Assembly (NCBI GenBank): GCA_016180645.1
Contig: JACPAV010000031.1
Coordinates: 1 to 37,435 of the forward strand
Direction: 5' to 3'
Origin: Nitrospirota bacterium
Lineage (GTDB): Bacteria; JACPQY01
DNA: 37,435 nucleotides
Below, in pieces: positions 1 to 8,778 of the stretch (its first letter is position 1; each line of letters starts with the position of its first letter). Made by a program: the position numbers and the translations under genes. Under the pieces are notes generated by a model. That model searched no databases and was not told where the DNA came from. It worked only from the letters and a program-made list of their open reading frames with translations.

Positions 1-69
1 GGCAGCCGCCTCCATCGGTGCAGGAGGCGAAGAGGGTGAGTAGTAAGAGGCAAGTGGTGAGTGAGCGGA

Positions 70-93
70 CGCGGGCGTAAAGCCCGCGCCTAC
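70..93 (-). repeat. GTAG-type REP palindrome
   Basis: Reverse complement reads GTAGGCGCGGGCTTTACGCCCGCG: a GTAG tag plus GC-rich hairpin. Confidence 0.8.
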
Positions 94-120
94 CAAGATT
101 TATCGGCGAGGGAGGATCAG

Positions 121-207
121 TTCTCCGGGGTTCTCCGGGGTTCTCCGGGGTTCTCCGGGGTTCTCCGGGGTTCTCCGGGGTTCTCCGGGGTTCTCCGGGG
201 TTCTCCG
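121..207 (+). repeat. 10-bp tandem repeat (TTCTCCGGGG)x8.7
   Basis: Eight exact copies at 121-200 plus partial TTCTCCG. Confidence 0.97.
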
Positions 208-357
208 ATGCTCCCCATGCCGTACCCTCCAAGCATCATTCCACACGAGATGACGCATGAAGCCACTGTTACCCCACGCTCCTCAGGCTGTCAAGAACAA
301 ACGACACGAAAAATTCAGGCCCGTGACAGGGTGTTAGTTATCTATCGGCAATTGTGG

Positions 358-460
358 CGGCCCTTTCCGCCTATCGTGGACATCCTGTCCACCCAAAAGG
401 TCGAAAGGACCGTTCCCATCACGGTCACGGCCCTTTCCGCACATTGTGGACATCCTGTCC
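358..460. repeat. 33-bp direct repeat pair, each with a GGACATCCTGTCC hairpin
   Basis: 358-390 vs 428-460 match at 30/33 positions, period 70 bp. Confidence 0.85.
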
Positions 461-515
461 TCCACAAGGGTCGCCCCCTCCGCCACGCACCGGGGGCGGC
501 AAGATGTACAGGTAT

Positions 516-1271
516 TCAGATGGTAGCACCGCCGTCGAGGACGAGGGTGTGGCCCGTGATGTAGGCGGATTCTGATGAAAGCAAATAGCATGCGGCGGCA
601 GCTACTTCCTCCGGGTCGCCCATCCGATCCAGAGGGGTGTGTTTCATGACTTCGCTGTAGATCGCCTCGTTCTCCCAGAGAGCCGAGGAGAGTTTCGTCT
701 TGATGAGTCCCGGCGCGATCGCGTTCACGCGGATTTTCCGGGAGGCCAATTCGAAGGCCATCGTCTTGGTCAAGTGGATGACGGCCGCCTTGCTGACCGA
801 GTACACGCCAAGTCCCGGCATGGGACGGAGGCCGGCGGTGGACGAGACGTTGACGATGGCGCCCCCTTCGGTCATGTGGGCCACGGCAAACTTCGACATG
901 AGAAAGTAGCCGCGCACGTTCAGTCCGAAAATCTTGTCCCACACTTCCACGCTCGTATCGAGCAGCATGGACATGGTGGGGTTCGTTCCCGCGTTGTTCA
1001 CGAGACAATCGATGCGGCCGAAGGTCGAATGGGCGGTCTCCACAAGTCGCTGGATCTCTTCCTCACGCCCGACATGCGCCGGATGGACAAGGATCTCGGC
1101 TCCATCGCGCTTGATTTCGTCCGCTGCCGCGCGAAGCTCCGGTTCCTTTCGGCTCGTCAGGACGAGTTTCGCGCCTCCCGCCGCCAATCCCGCGGCAATG
1201 GCCTTCCCGATGCCCCGCGAGGCCCCCGTCACGATCGCGACTTTGTTCTTGAAATCATAGATCTTGCTCAT
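516..1271 (-). CDS. Short-chain dehydrogenase/reductase (classical SDR, DHRS4/FabG-like)
   Basis: TGASRGIG, NNAG, YSVSK (YxxxK), IRVNAIAPG, ITG..L.LDGG. Confidence 0.95.
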   Translation of the reverse strand: MSKIYDFKNKVAIVTGASRGIGKAIAAGLAAGGAKLVLTSRKEPELRAAADEIKRDGAEILVHPAHVGREEEIQRLVETAHSTFGRIDCLVNNAGTNPTMSMLLDTSVEVWDKIFGLNVRGYFLMSKFAVAHMTEGGAIVNVSSTAGLRPMPGLGVYSVSKAAVIHLTKTMAFELASRKIRVNAIAPGLIKTKLSSALWENEAIYSEVMKHTPLDRMGDPEEVAAAACYLLSSESAYITGHTLVLDGGATI

Positions 1272-1312
1272 GTGTATTCCTTTCGAAGTTATCAGCGGTC
1301 AGGCCGACAAGA

Positions 1313-1336
1313 GGGCGGGGTGAACCCCGCCCCTAC
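1313..1336 (-). repeat. GTAG-type REP palindrome
   Basis: Reverse complement GTAGGGGCGGGGTTCACCCCGCCC. Confidence 0.8.
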
Positions 1337-1378
1337 GAAACGCCTCCCTACACGCAAAAACTTTTGCCGGGCGGCTTA

Positions 1379-1525
1379 GAGTGCGTCCGGACATGTCCAG
1401 AAATGCCAAATGAGCCGGTTCGTTGCCTGGGAGCAAGCAGCGTGTAGGGGAGCAGCTTTAGCTGCTCCCAAGCAGGGAGGACCTGAATGTCCTCCCCTAC
1501 GGCAGGTGAGTTTCCGGACGCACTC
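1379..1525. mobile_element. 147-bp MITE with 13-bp TIRs and TTA target duplication, containing a REP doublet
   Basis: GAGTGCGTCCGGA (1379-1391) / TCCGGACGCACTC (1513-1525); TTA at 1376-1378 and 1526-1528; internal GTAG...CTAC doublet at 1444-1500. Confidence 0.85.
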
Positions 1526-2108
1526 TTAGTGGACCCGCCGCCAGCTTTCACGAGGCACACGGCGTTTCAGTTCCGGATGAAGTATCCGTGCCAATATCTC
1601 GACGCCGTCCACGATGCCGGGACCCGGACAGGCGAAATACCGCTCATCCAACACGAAGACGGGTTTCCCCGAACGGTAGGGCAAGCGGCCGGCCCGCCAC
1701 CACCTTTCGCTCCGTAACTTTCCCGACGAGATTGATGTCAAACAGCACATCGGCAAGGTTTTTCGGGGACAGGGAGAGCACCTTGGGCCTTACGGGAAGC
1801 CGGTGCAATTCGCGATTCAGCTCCGGGGTTGTCAAAGAACACACGTGGCAAAGGTCCTGAGTGATGATCACGTCGGGGCCGGCCTTGGCGAGAAACTCCC
1901 AGTCCAGATCGTAGAGCGGCTGATGATTATTCATCATCTCCCGGACCTCCGCATCGATCTGCGCGCCGTTGCCGTTCCCCACCCGCGCGCGCAGGACCAC
2001 GCGCTTGCCCTTCACGTAGCACTTGTCCGTCACACCGATGAGGGATTTCTCCAGGCCAAGCTTCCGCAGAATTTCCGTCGCGGACGGGAGGAGCGAGACG
2101 ATTTTCAT
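1526..2108 (-). pseudogene. BtuF/cobalamin-type ABC substrate-binding protein, frameshifted and apparently internally deleted
   Basis: N-part MKIVSLLPSATEIL...PDVIITQDLCHVC in one frame; C-part YFACPGPGIVDGVEILARILHP in another; break near 1660-1705; total length is short for the family. Confidence 0.75.
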
Positions 2109-2117
2109 GCGAACGCG

Positions 2118-3431
2118 CTACTTCTTCAAATCGGAGGGGGCTTGGCTCAGGGTAGTGAGATTGGTCTCCGGGACGAGGTAGACAAGCGGTGAGCCTCCAA
2201 GAGTGACGTGTATCTTCCCATCCTTGGCCTTGCTGCCCCAGAGGAATTCTTTTCTTGATCCGTCCTTGAGGACGAACGTCGACTTGAGCCGCCGGTCCTT
2301 GAATCCGTAGCCTTTCTTGGCTTCATCGTAGATCGCTTGATCCGCTTTGAGGTTCGCAATGGTGGAGCACACTTCCTGCGCGACTTCCTTCTTGGCGTCC
2401 GCTTTTTCAGGAGCGACCAACTCCCAGTCCCCGTTGTCTTTCTTCTTCGCGGTCAGCGTCTGTTTATGCTCCAATGTGAATTCCGTGATGTCATCCGGCG
2501 AATTCCGGAGTAGCCGTTTCTCGTAGAGCTCGTCGATCGGCTTGCGCAGGCCGAGCACGACCCCCTCGGAAATCTTGAATACGTTCGCTCCGTCGTCCAC
2601 CTGGCCGCGGTAGTGGCTCTGATCTTTCTCGCGCGAGAAAATCGCTTTTCGCTTTCGGCCGTCCTTCAGGGTGATTTCCACCATTCCCACCGGCGCGGTG
2701 AGAGTCGTTCCTTCCGGCTCGAAGTCCGTGAAGCTGAAATTGACCAGGTTGGAGGCGATACCATTGAGAACATCCGCATCCGCCGGCGCCTTGTGCGGCT
2801 CCAGGATTTGCCAATGGGAGTCATCCATTCGCTGGAGCGCGGTAGCTTTTCCTTCCCAAGACAACGACAACCGGTCGATCTCGTTCTGCGTGAATGAGAA
2901 AAGTTTCTTATCGAGCCAGTCGGAAGGCGCCGACCGGAGAGTGCTGCGAATGGGGGCGGAAACGCGATACACTTCATCCTTTCCCGACACCCGGAGAAAC
3001 GTCCGGCCACCCGGATCCGTCTTGCCGATGATGATGTCCAGCGCCCCTTCCCCCTTGGGGCCTCCGCCTTTGATCTCAGTTCCCTTCACCTCGCTCACCT
3101 CGAACACGTCGTGCTTGCTCTTGTTGCGCGACGCCACCTCGCCTTCCTTGAGTTGACCGAGCTGATCGAGAAGGTTTTTCACAGCGGTCTCTTCCGCCTT
3201 GTAGTTCCGTACGGTTTTGACCTTCCACCCTTCCGCTTCACGAACCAGTTCCGTAGTGCCCGAAGGCGACTTGATTTGGAGTGACGACCACAGCTTCGTA
3301 TCGACCGACTTGAGGATCTCGACACGGCCCGATGTCTCTTTTTCGAACAGGCCCATCGGGTCCTGCACAAAAAACGCGGTGGCGCCGAGGATGACGATGG
3401 CTCCCGCCAGGAGGAGGTAGATCTTCTTCAT
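2118..3431 (-). CDS. DUF4340-type membrane-anchored periplasmic protein (about three repeats)
   Basis: N-terminal TM; repeated W.i..P...A motifs; typical position after GldG-like genes. Confidence 0.8.
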   Translation of the reverse strand: MKKIYLLLAGAIVILGATAFFVQDPMGLFEKETSGRVEILKSVDTKLWSSLQIKSPSGTTELVREAEGWKVKTVRNYKAEETAVKNLLDQLGQLKEGEVASRNKSKHDVFEVSEVKGTEIKGGGPKGEGALDIIIGKTDPGGRTFLRVSGKDEVYRVSAPIRSTLRSAPSDWLDKKLFSFTQNEIDRLSLSWEGKATALQRMDDSHWQILEPHKAPADADVLNGIASNLVNFSFTDFEPEGTTLTAPVGMVEITLKDGRKRKAIFSREKDQSHYRGQVDDGANVFKISEGVVLGLRKPIDELYEKRLLRNSPDDITEFTLEHKQTLTAKKKDNGDWELVAPEKADAKKEVAQEVCSTIANLKADQAIYDEAKKGYGFKDRRLKSTFVLKDGSRKEFLWGSKAKDGKIHVTLGGSPLVYLVPETNLTTLSQAPSDLKK

Positions 3432-5053
3432 CAGGAGGCGGCGGAGGCCTGTTCGCGGAGCTGGGCGTATATTTTTTGCTCGCGCTTGCGCAGATAGTAG
3501 CGAAGGAGGCCGTAGGCAATCAGGAGGAAGGGCACCAAGACCGTGACCAGTATCTTGATCGTCATCCGTTCGTTCTCGGTGGTTTCCCGGAGAGGGCGGT
3601 CCACGCCCACCTTCGAGCGGATGCCGATCAGATCCTCCCCCAGGGTAACCCAGTCAACCAGGTTCATCATGAACTGGACATTCCCTCCCGTGCTCCGATC
3701 ACGAAGGGCTTGATTGGCCAGGAATTCCGAATCGCCGATGACGACGACTTTGCCGCTGGACGTTTCTTCCAAGACCGACCGGCTTTCCTGAACCGACTTC
3801 CCGGGGATCGGGGGCGGGGTCTTCCCTGCGTAGAAACTCTTGAACTTTCCCGTCAGCGCGGCGGCGATCACGAACGATTTGCGATCTCCGGTCGGCGACT
3901 GCTGGGGGCCCACGTTGAACCACCCGCCCTGCTGGGACCAGGCTTTGTCCGTGGTGGAGAGGAGCTCCTCCACTTTCAGGCCTTCCTCCGTCTTCTTGAG
4001 GAGGTCGAGTGAGCTGGCCCAATACAGGAGGATCGACTCCACGCCTTTCACCGCCGGATTCTCTTTCGACATTCCGGTGGGAAGCACCTTGATGAAGAAC
4101 GGATAGGGCACGGTGAAGTTGTAGTAGCCCTGCGAGAATGAGGCCATGCCGGCGCTCACATCCTCCACCAGGTTTGTGTTCACGCGCACACCGTAGTGTT
4201 CCAGGAGGTCGCCCAAATTGTGCGGCTTGGGGTTGGCCATGAACGTTTTCTTGTCCAAATCGACCGGATCGAGCAGGAAGACCACGGATTTTCCCTGCAT
4301 GAGGAACTGGTCGATTTCGAACTTGTCCTGGTCCTTCAGATCCTTCGGGGAGGCCACGATCAAGGTGTCCGTTGTGGCCGGGAGGGGAACGCCGCTGCTG
4401 GTGTCGTGGGTGTCCACGCGGTAGGACTGATCGAGGACCATTTTGAAATGCTGATAGTCGTCTTGGAGGTCTTTCTCACCGTGTCCCGTCAGGAAGGTTA
4501 GGCCGTGGTCCTTCTCCGACATGACGCGAAGGATGGCCGACATCAAATCGTATTCCATGTTGGTAATGTCTTTGACGAACGGAATCGCCTGGGACTTATC
4601 CAGGTAGAAGACGCCCATGCCGATGTACGCCTTGAGGGCTTCCAACTTGTCTTTGGTACGGACCGTGAGGGAGAGCGGTTGGATCCCGAGTTGATTCACA
4701 TCGGTCCGGGCCTCGTCGCTGTTGTCCGGGTCCAAGAATCGGTATTGGAGCTTGCCGCGGGAGTGGGCGCGGAATTCGCCAAGGATGTCCCGGGTGCTGC
4801 GTTCCAGACCGGCGAGTTCGGGTGGGAGCTTCTTGGAGTAGTAGACCTTGATCGTGACGACGTCATCGAGCGAGCGGAGTTTCTTCTTGGTCGAATCGGA
4901 CAGGGTGTACATGTTCTTGTCCGTCAGGTCCGCCCGGAAGAACAACCGCAGAGAGACCAAGTTCGCGAGGAAAAGAACGGCGGCGGCCAGAAACGTCAGG
5001 AGCGAGTATTGCCCTATGGTCTTGTATTTCCGACGCGCCTTTACCCCGCCCAT
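3431..5053 (-). CDS. GldG-like ABC auxiliary component
   Basis: DLTDKNMYTLSDST, FLTGHGEK, IDQFLMQG, VVIGDSEF, N- and C-terminal TMs; start chosen at ATG 5053 (MGGVKARRKY). Confidence 0.9.
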   Translation of the reverse strand: MGGVKARRKYKTIGQYSLLTFLAAAVLFLANLVSLRLFFRADLTDKNMYTLSDSTKKKLRSLDDVVTIKVYYSKKLPPELAGLERSTRDILGEFRAHSRGKLQYRFLDPDNSDEARTDVNQLGIQPLSLTVRTKDKLEALKAYIGMGVFYLDKSQAIPFVKDITNMEYDLMSAILRVMSEKDHGLTFLTGHGEKDLQDDYQHFKMVLDQSYRVDTHDTSSGVPLPATTDTLIVASPKDLKDQDKFEIDQFLMQGKSVVFLLDPVDLDKKTFMANPKPHNLGDLLEHYGVRVNTNLVEDVSAGMASFSQGYYNFTVPYPFFIKVLPTGMSKENPAVKGVESILLYWASSLDLLKKTEEGLKVEELLSTTDKAWSQQGGWFNVGPQQSPTGDRKSFVIAAALTGKFKSFYAGKTPPPIPGKSVQESRSVLEETSSGKVVVIGDSEFLANQALRDRSTGGNVQFMMNLVDWVTLGEDLIGIRSKVGVDRPLRETTENERMTIKILVTVLVPFLLIAYGLLRYYLRKREQKIYAQLREQASAAS

Positions 5054-5340
5054 GCCGTCAACGTACCTTTCAATCTTGATTTCAATCGGGCCATAGTGCT
5101 CCCAAAATATTTCAGGTGCTTCTCCCGCCGCCACGCGTCGTCCGCCGACCGGAACCCTTCAAAGTAAATTAGCTCAAGGGGTCGCATTCGCTTGGTCGTC
5201 ACACTTTTCCCCCTGGAATGTTCTTCCAGCCGTCTTCTCAAATTGTTCGTGCACCCAATGTAGAATTTGTCGGTCGCCCTGCTGCGAAGCAGGTATACAT
5301 AGTGCCACCTCGATTCGGCATGGGCGGGGATCACCGCCAT
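5041..5340 (-). CDS. Stand-alone GIY-YIG nuclease (UPF0213-like, 99 aa)
   Basis: HYVYLL...FYIGCTNNLRRRLEEH...AWRREKHLK: both Tyr motifs plus conserved Arg, His and Glu. Confidence 0.92.
   Translation of the reverse strand: MAVIPAHAESRWHYVYLLRSRATDKFYIGCTNNLRRRLEEHSRGKSVTTKRMRPLELIYFEGFRSADDAWRREKHLKYFGSTMARLKSRLKGTLTAWAG
5044..5329. mobile_element. 286-bp GIY-YIG element bounded by perfect 14-bp inverted repeats
   Basis: CCCCGCCCATGCCG at 5044-5057 and CGGCATGGGCGGGG at 5316-5329; interrupts the permease-GldG junction. Confidence 0.75.
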
Positions 5341-6047
5341 CGCCGCACCTCGATCGCGTATGTATTGAGGAGCAAGCCCAGGATCATGATCGAAAGGAAA
5401 TAGAGCACATCCCTTGAATCCAACAGGCCGCGCGCCACGTTTTCGTAGTGGCTCGACACACCCAGGAAGGAGGCGGCCGACACGAGGAAGCCCGGCAGCG
5501 CGGACAGGATGATGTCGTCGCTCAAGACATAGAGGAAGAACAGCGAGAGCGCGGTGAGAATGAACGCGATGATCTGGTTCTCGGTGATCGAGGAGAGGAA
5601 GCAGCCGACGGCGATGTAGGCGGACGCCATGAGCAACGCCCCCGCATAGCCGCCGAGGATCGGTCCCCAATCCGGGTCGCCGAGATACGCGACGGCCGCC
5701 GGGAGGGGGAACGACAGGGCCAGCGCGATCAGCACGAAGGCCACGCCGGCGACGAACTTTCCGAGCACGGACTGCACGGTGGTCACCGGAAAGCTCATGA
5801 GAAGCTCGAACGTGCCCATCTTCCGTTCCTCCGCCCAGAGGCGCATGGTCACGGCGGGGATGAACACCAGGAAGGTCCATGGGAGAAGGACGAAGAATGA
5901 CCGCATCTCGGCCTGGCCGAAGAGAAAGAAAGAACGGAAGAACAGCCAGGTGGAAAAAGCCAGAAACACGGTGATAAAAACGTAGGCGATCGGCGAGTTG
6001 AAATAGGTGAGGAACTCTCTTCGCGCGATGGCCCAGGTGGTCTTCAT
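5331..6047 (-). CDS. GldF-like ABC-2 permease
   Basis: IARREFLTYFNSPIAY, PAVTMRLWAEERKMGTFELL, SSITENQIIA; about six TMs. Confidence 0.92.
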   Translation of the reverse strand: MKTTWAIARREFLTYFNSPIAYVFITVFLAFSTWLFFRSFFLFGQAEMRSFFVLLPWTFLVFIPAVTMRLWAEERKMGTFELLMSFPVTTVQSVLGKFVAGVAFVLIALALSFPLPAAVAYLGDPDWGPILGGYAGALLMASAYIAVGCFLSSITENQIIAFILTALSLFFLYVLSDDIILSALPGFLVSAASFLGVSSHYENVARGLLDSRDVLYFLSIMILGLLLNTYAIEVRRWR

Positions 6048-6053
6048 TTCGCC

Positions 6054-7001
6054 CTATTCCTTCGTCGTCAGTTTAAGGAAGATGTCTTCCAGGCTCGCCT
6101 GCTCGGCGTGGAGCTCTCGCAACGCCCATCCATTCTGCGAGGCGGCCTTGAAAATCAGCTCGGCGGTCTCCTCCGGTTCCGAGCAGCGAATTTCGTACCG
6201 TCCGATGCCATCCACCTTGATCCCCATCGAATCGGCGGCCGGCCGAACGTCGCTCACGCCCGAGATGGATCGAAGGTGCTGGAGCACCTGGGCTTCCTGC
6301 CCCCGGATTCTCGCGATGACCGTCCCTTTCGAGCCGACCCGATTCTGGAGCTCTCCCGTGTTGCCGATGGCCACGATGGAGCCCTCGTTGACAATGACCA
6401 CGCGTTCGCAGGTGGCGTGGACTTCAGGGAGGATGTGGGTCGAGAGAACGACGGTCTTTTCCTTGCCGAGCGACTTGATCAGCTCGCGGATCTCGATGAT
6501 CTGCTTGGGATCGAGCCCCGAGGTCGGTTCGTCGAGGATGAGAAGTTCGGGATCGTGGATCAGGGCCTGGGCCAGCCCCACGCGCTGACGGAAGCCCTTG
6601 GACAGTTCTCCAATCGACTTCTTGAGGACATTCTCCAGACCGCACTTCTTGATCATGATTTTCATGCGTTCGGCGCGCCGGCTCTTGGACAGTTTGCGGA
6701 CGTCACCGATGAAATCGAGGTAATCGGACACGACCATATCCTGGTACAGCGGATTCGTTTCCGGGAGGTATCCGATTTTCTTCTGGACCTCGATGGGATG
6801 TTCGAGAACGTCCACCCCTGCCACGGTGGCCTGACCGGCGGTGGGCTTGAGATAGCCCGTGAGAATGCGCATGGCCGTGGTTTTTCCCGCGCCGTTCGGC
6901 CCGAGAAATCCCACGATCTCGCCGCGGGAGATCTGAAACGAGATTCCCTTCAGCGCTGGGAACTCGCCGTAGTATTTCGAGAGTCCTTTCGCTTCGATCA
7001 T
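6054..7001 (-). CDS. GldA-like ABC ATP-binding protein
   Basis: GPNGAGKTT, LSKGFRQR, LILDEPT, STH; start at MIEAKGL. Confidence 0.95.
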   Translation of the reverse strand: MIEAKGLSKYYGEFPALKGISFQISRGEIVGFLGPNGAGKTTAMRILTGYLKPTAGQATVAGVDVLEHPIEVQKKIGYLPETNPLYQDMVVSDYLDFIGDVRKLSKSRRAERMKIMIKKCGLENVLKKSIGELSKGFRQRVGLAQALIHDPELLILDEPTSGLDPKQIIEIRELIKSLGKEKTVVLSTHILPEVHATCERVVIVNEGSIVAIGNTGELQNRVGSKGTVIARIRGQEAQVLQHLRSISGVSDVRPAADSMGIKVDGIGRYEIRCSEPEETAELIFKAASQNGWALRELHAEQASLEDIFLKLTTKE

Positions 7002-7024
7002 GATTTCAGTACTTCGGATGAGGG

Positions 7025-7052
7025 ATTTTATGAATTTGTCACCCCTTGTCAA
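7025..7052 (-). promoter_or_regulatory. sigma70-type promoter of the ABC operon
   Basis: TTGACA-N16-TAAAAT on the minus strand. Confidence 0.65.
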
Positions 7053-7081
7053 ATGGCCGCGCGCCATCGGGGGGGAAGGGA

Positions 7082-8614
7082 TCAGCGAACGAAGAAGTCC
7101 TCGGGGCGGAAAGGGGAAACGCGGATGAGGCCGGCCAGGGCCGGATGGACCTCCTTGAAAGCGGTGTGTATTTGACGGGCGATGTCGCGATAGGAAAAGT
7201 GGCCGCTGGGCTTGCTCCGGAGTTCCACCAGGTACTGGAGCTGTTTGAACGTCATCTTGAACAGGGCGCGGCGACGGAAGGAGAGCGGCAGGACGTATTC
7301 GACGGCGGCCGGGACGTCCGCGTGGAGGCGTTGGGCGAACTGGATCACATCCTGGTGAATTCGATGATATCGTTCGTGCAGGCCGGCTTCGTGGACCTCT
7401 TCCGGCGTATCGTATCCCAGTCGATGGTCGAAGGGCTTGAGAATCTGAACCATGTTCCGGTGCCGGTGGAGGTCGCGGAAGGAGCCATTGTCCATGCAGA
7501 TGTCGAACACGAGCTCAAACCCTGCCGCGGTCTCCCGGGGTGGATCGTCCTTCGGATCCCGATCTTCGAAGGCCAGGGCGACCAGTTCGTCGCGGAGTTT
7601 GGGTTTGCTCCTGAGAAAGCCCGCGATCTGCCCGAAGGAGTGAGGCAACTCCGAATAGAGGAGCCCGGCGGCCATCTCGGCCTCGATCGAATCCGGATGG
7701 CACAGGGCCACGCCGCGTCCGCCTTCCGGCCCCGGCAGGTCCCGCAGTTTCCTCCCGATCCACTCCCGCATGCGCCCCCGCATTCGGCTCGCATAGGGCC
7801 GGGCCTCAGCGTATTTCACCAGCGTGGGCAGCGGGACGCAGTCTTTGTAGGTATGGAAGTCGATCTCTTTCCGGAGATCGCCCGTGCTCCAATCCGCCGC
7901 CCCGGCCTTGGCCAGAGTTTCCCCAACCCGGAGATGCACCGGATTGAGCGCGGCACGAGCGGTGAGCGCCGATTTCATTTCGCCGCCAATTTCCCGCATC
8001 TCGGCGAGTTCGTTGCTAAGCAGACGGGCGATGTGACGCTCCAGCGTTCGACCGCTGGCCACGATTCCAACGCCCGTCAGAGTGGACGAAGGCAGGAGAT
8101 ACCGAGCCAGATCGAAGGCCTTGGCCTTCACCGTTTCCTGGAAGGCCTTGTCGTCCATCCGCGGAGAGCGGGTTGGACCGAACTTGGCGGCCAGGAAGGA
8201 CACGAAGGAGTCGTGGAAAGAGCGGTACTCTTCGAAGAGCTGGGCACCAAGCGATTCGTAGGTCTGCTGGTGTGGGGTGCCTGCGATCTCCCGGGGGGTG
8301 TGGAACGAGGCGTGGGTAAAATCCATGTAGCGGGTTGACCTTTCCTGCGCATCCAGCAGGGGTTCGTCCAGGAGCGTGATTGCGGCCACGATCGAAACAT
8401 GTTCGACCGCAAGGCCCACGTGCGCCAGGTCGGCAATCGAGGCATGGCCGTACTTGTGATAGAACTGTTCATAGAAGGTTTCCGCTCGTTCCTGGCTCAA
8501 GGTGAGGATCCAATCCGCGAAAGAAGTCTCGGGTTTGGAGCGGGAAAAACGCGCGAGGGCAAAGCCCTGCACCTCGGGAAGCGCGCCGATGACGACCGTG
8601 ACCTTGCGTTCCAT
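7082..8614 (-). CDS. thyX: FAD-dependent thymidylate synthase, long form with two Thy1 domains
   Basis: YGHASIADLA, QERSTRY, DLARYLLP in the N-half; FRDLHRHR, YVLP, ELRS...GHFSYR in the C-half. Confidence 0.8.
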   Translation of the reverse strand: MERKVTVVIGALPEVQGFALARFSRSKPETSFADWILTLSQERAETFYEQFYHKYGHASIADLAHVGLAVEHVSIVAAITLLDEPLLDAQERSTRYMDFTHASFHTPREIAGTPHQQTYESLGAQLFEEYRSFHDSFVSFLAAKFGPTRSPRMDDKAFQETVKAKAFDLARYLLPSSTLTGVGIVASGRTLERHIARLLSNELAEMREIGGEMKSALTARAALNPVHLRVGETLAKAGAADWSTGDLRKEIDFHTYKDCVPLPTLVKYAEARPYASRMRGRMREWIGRKLRDLPGPEGGRGVALCHPDSIEAEMAAGLLYSELPHSFGQIAGFLRSKPKLRDELVALAFEDRDPKDDPPRETAAGFELVFDICMDNGSFRDLHRHRNMVQILKPFDHRLGYDTPEEVHEAGLHERYHRIHQDVIQFAQRLHADVPAAVEYVLPLSFRRRALFKMTFKQLQYLVELRSKPSGHFSYRDIARQIHTAFKEVHPALAGLIRVSPFRPEDFFVR

Positions 8615-8778
8615 CGTCCCCTCCGCTCAGCTCCGGGGGCGACGAAAGGAAGAACCATAGGGTTTCAGCATCGGGAAGATTTATGACGGAATCACCGTGG
8701 GGCGTCAACTTCCCGGAACCGCGAGGCCCCATTCTCCACTTGAGTTTTGCCCCCCCCCATAGATAATGAAGCCACACC

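Noticed and set aside
2-43. Possible 3' end of an upstream CDS (AAASIGAGGEEGE*)
   Set aside because: Too short to support a call
121-460. Possible CRISPR array
   Set aside because: The tandem units have no spacers; the 33-bp repeat has only two copies; no cas genes
61-564. 167-aa ORF with GFSGVLRGSP repeats
   Set aside because: It is the translation of the REP and the 10-bp tandem repeat; no protein-like features
5341-5880. N-terminal extension of the 279-aa GIY-YIG ORF
   Set aside because: Alternative frame of the permease; the nuclease domain begins near 5340
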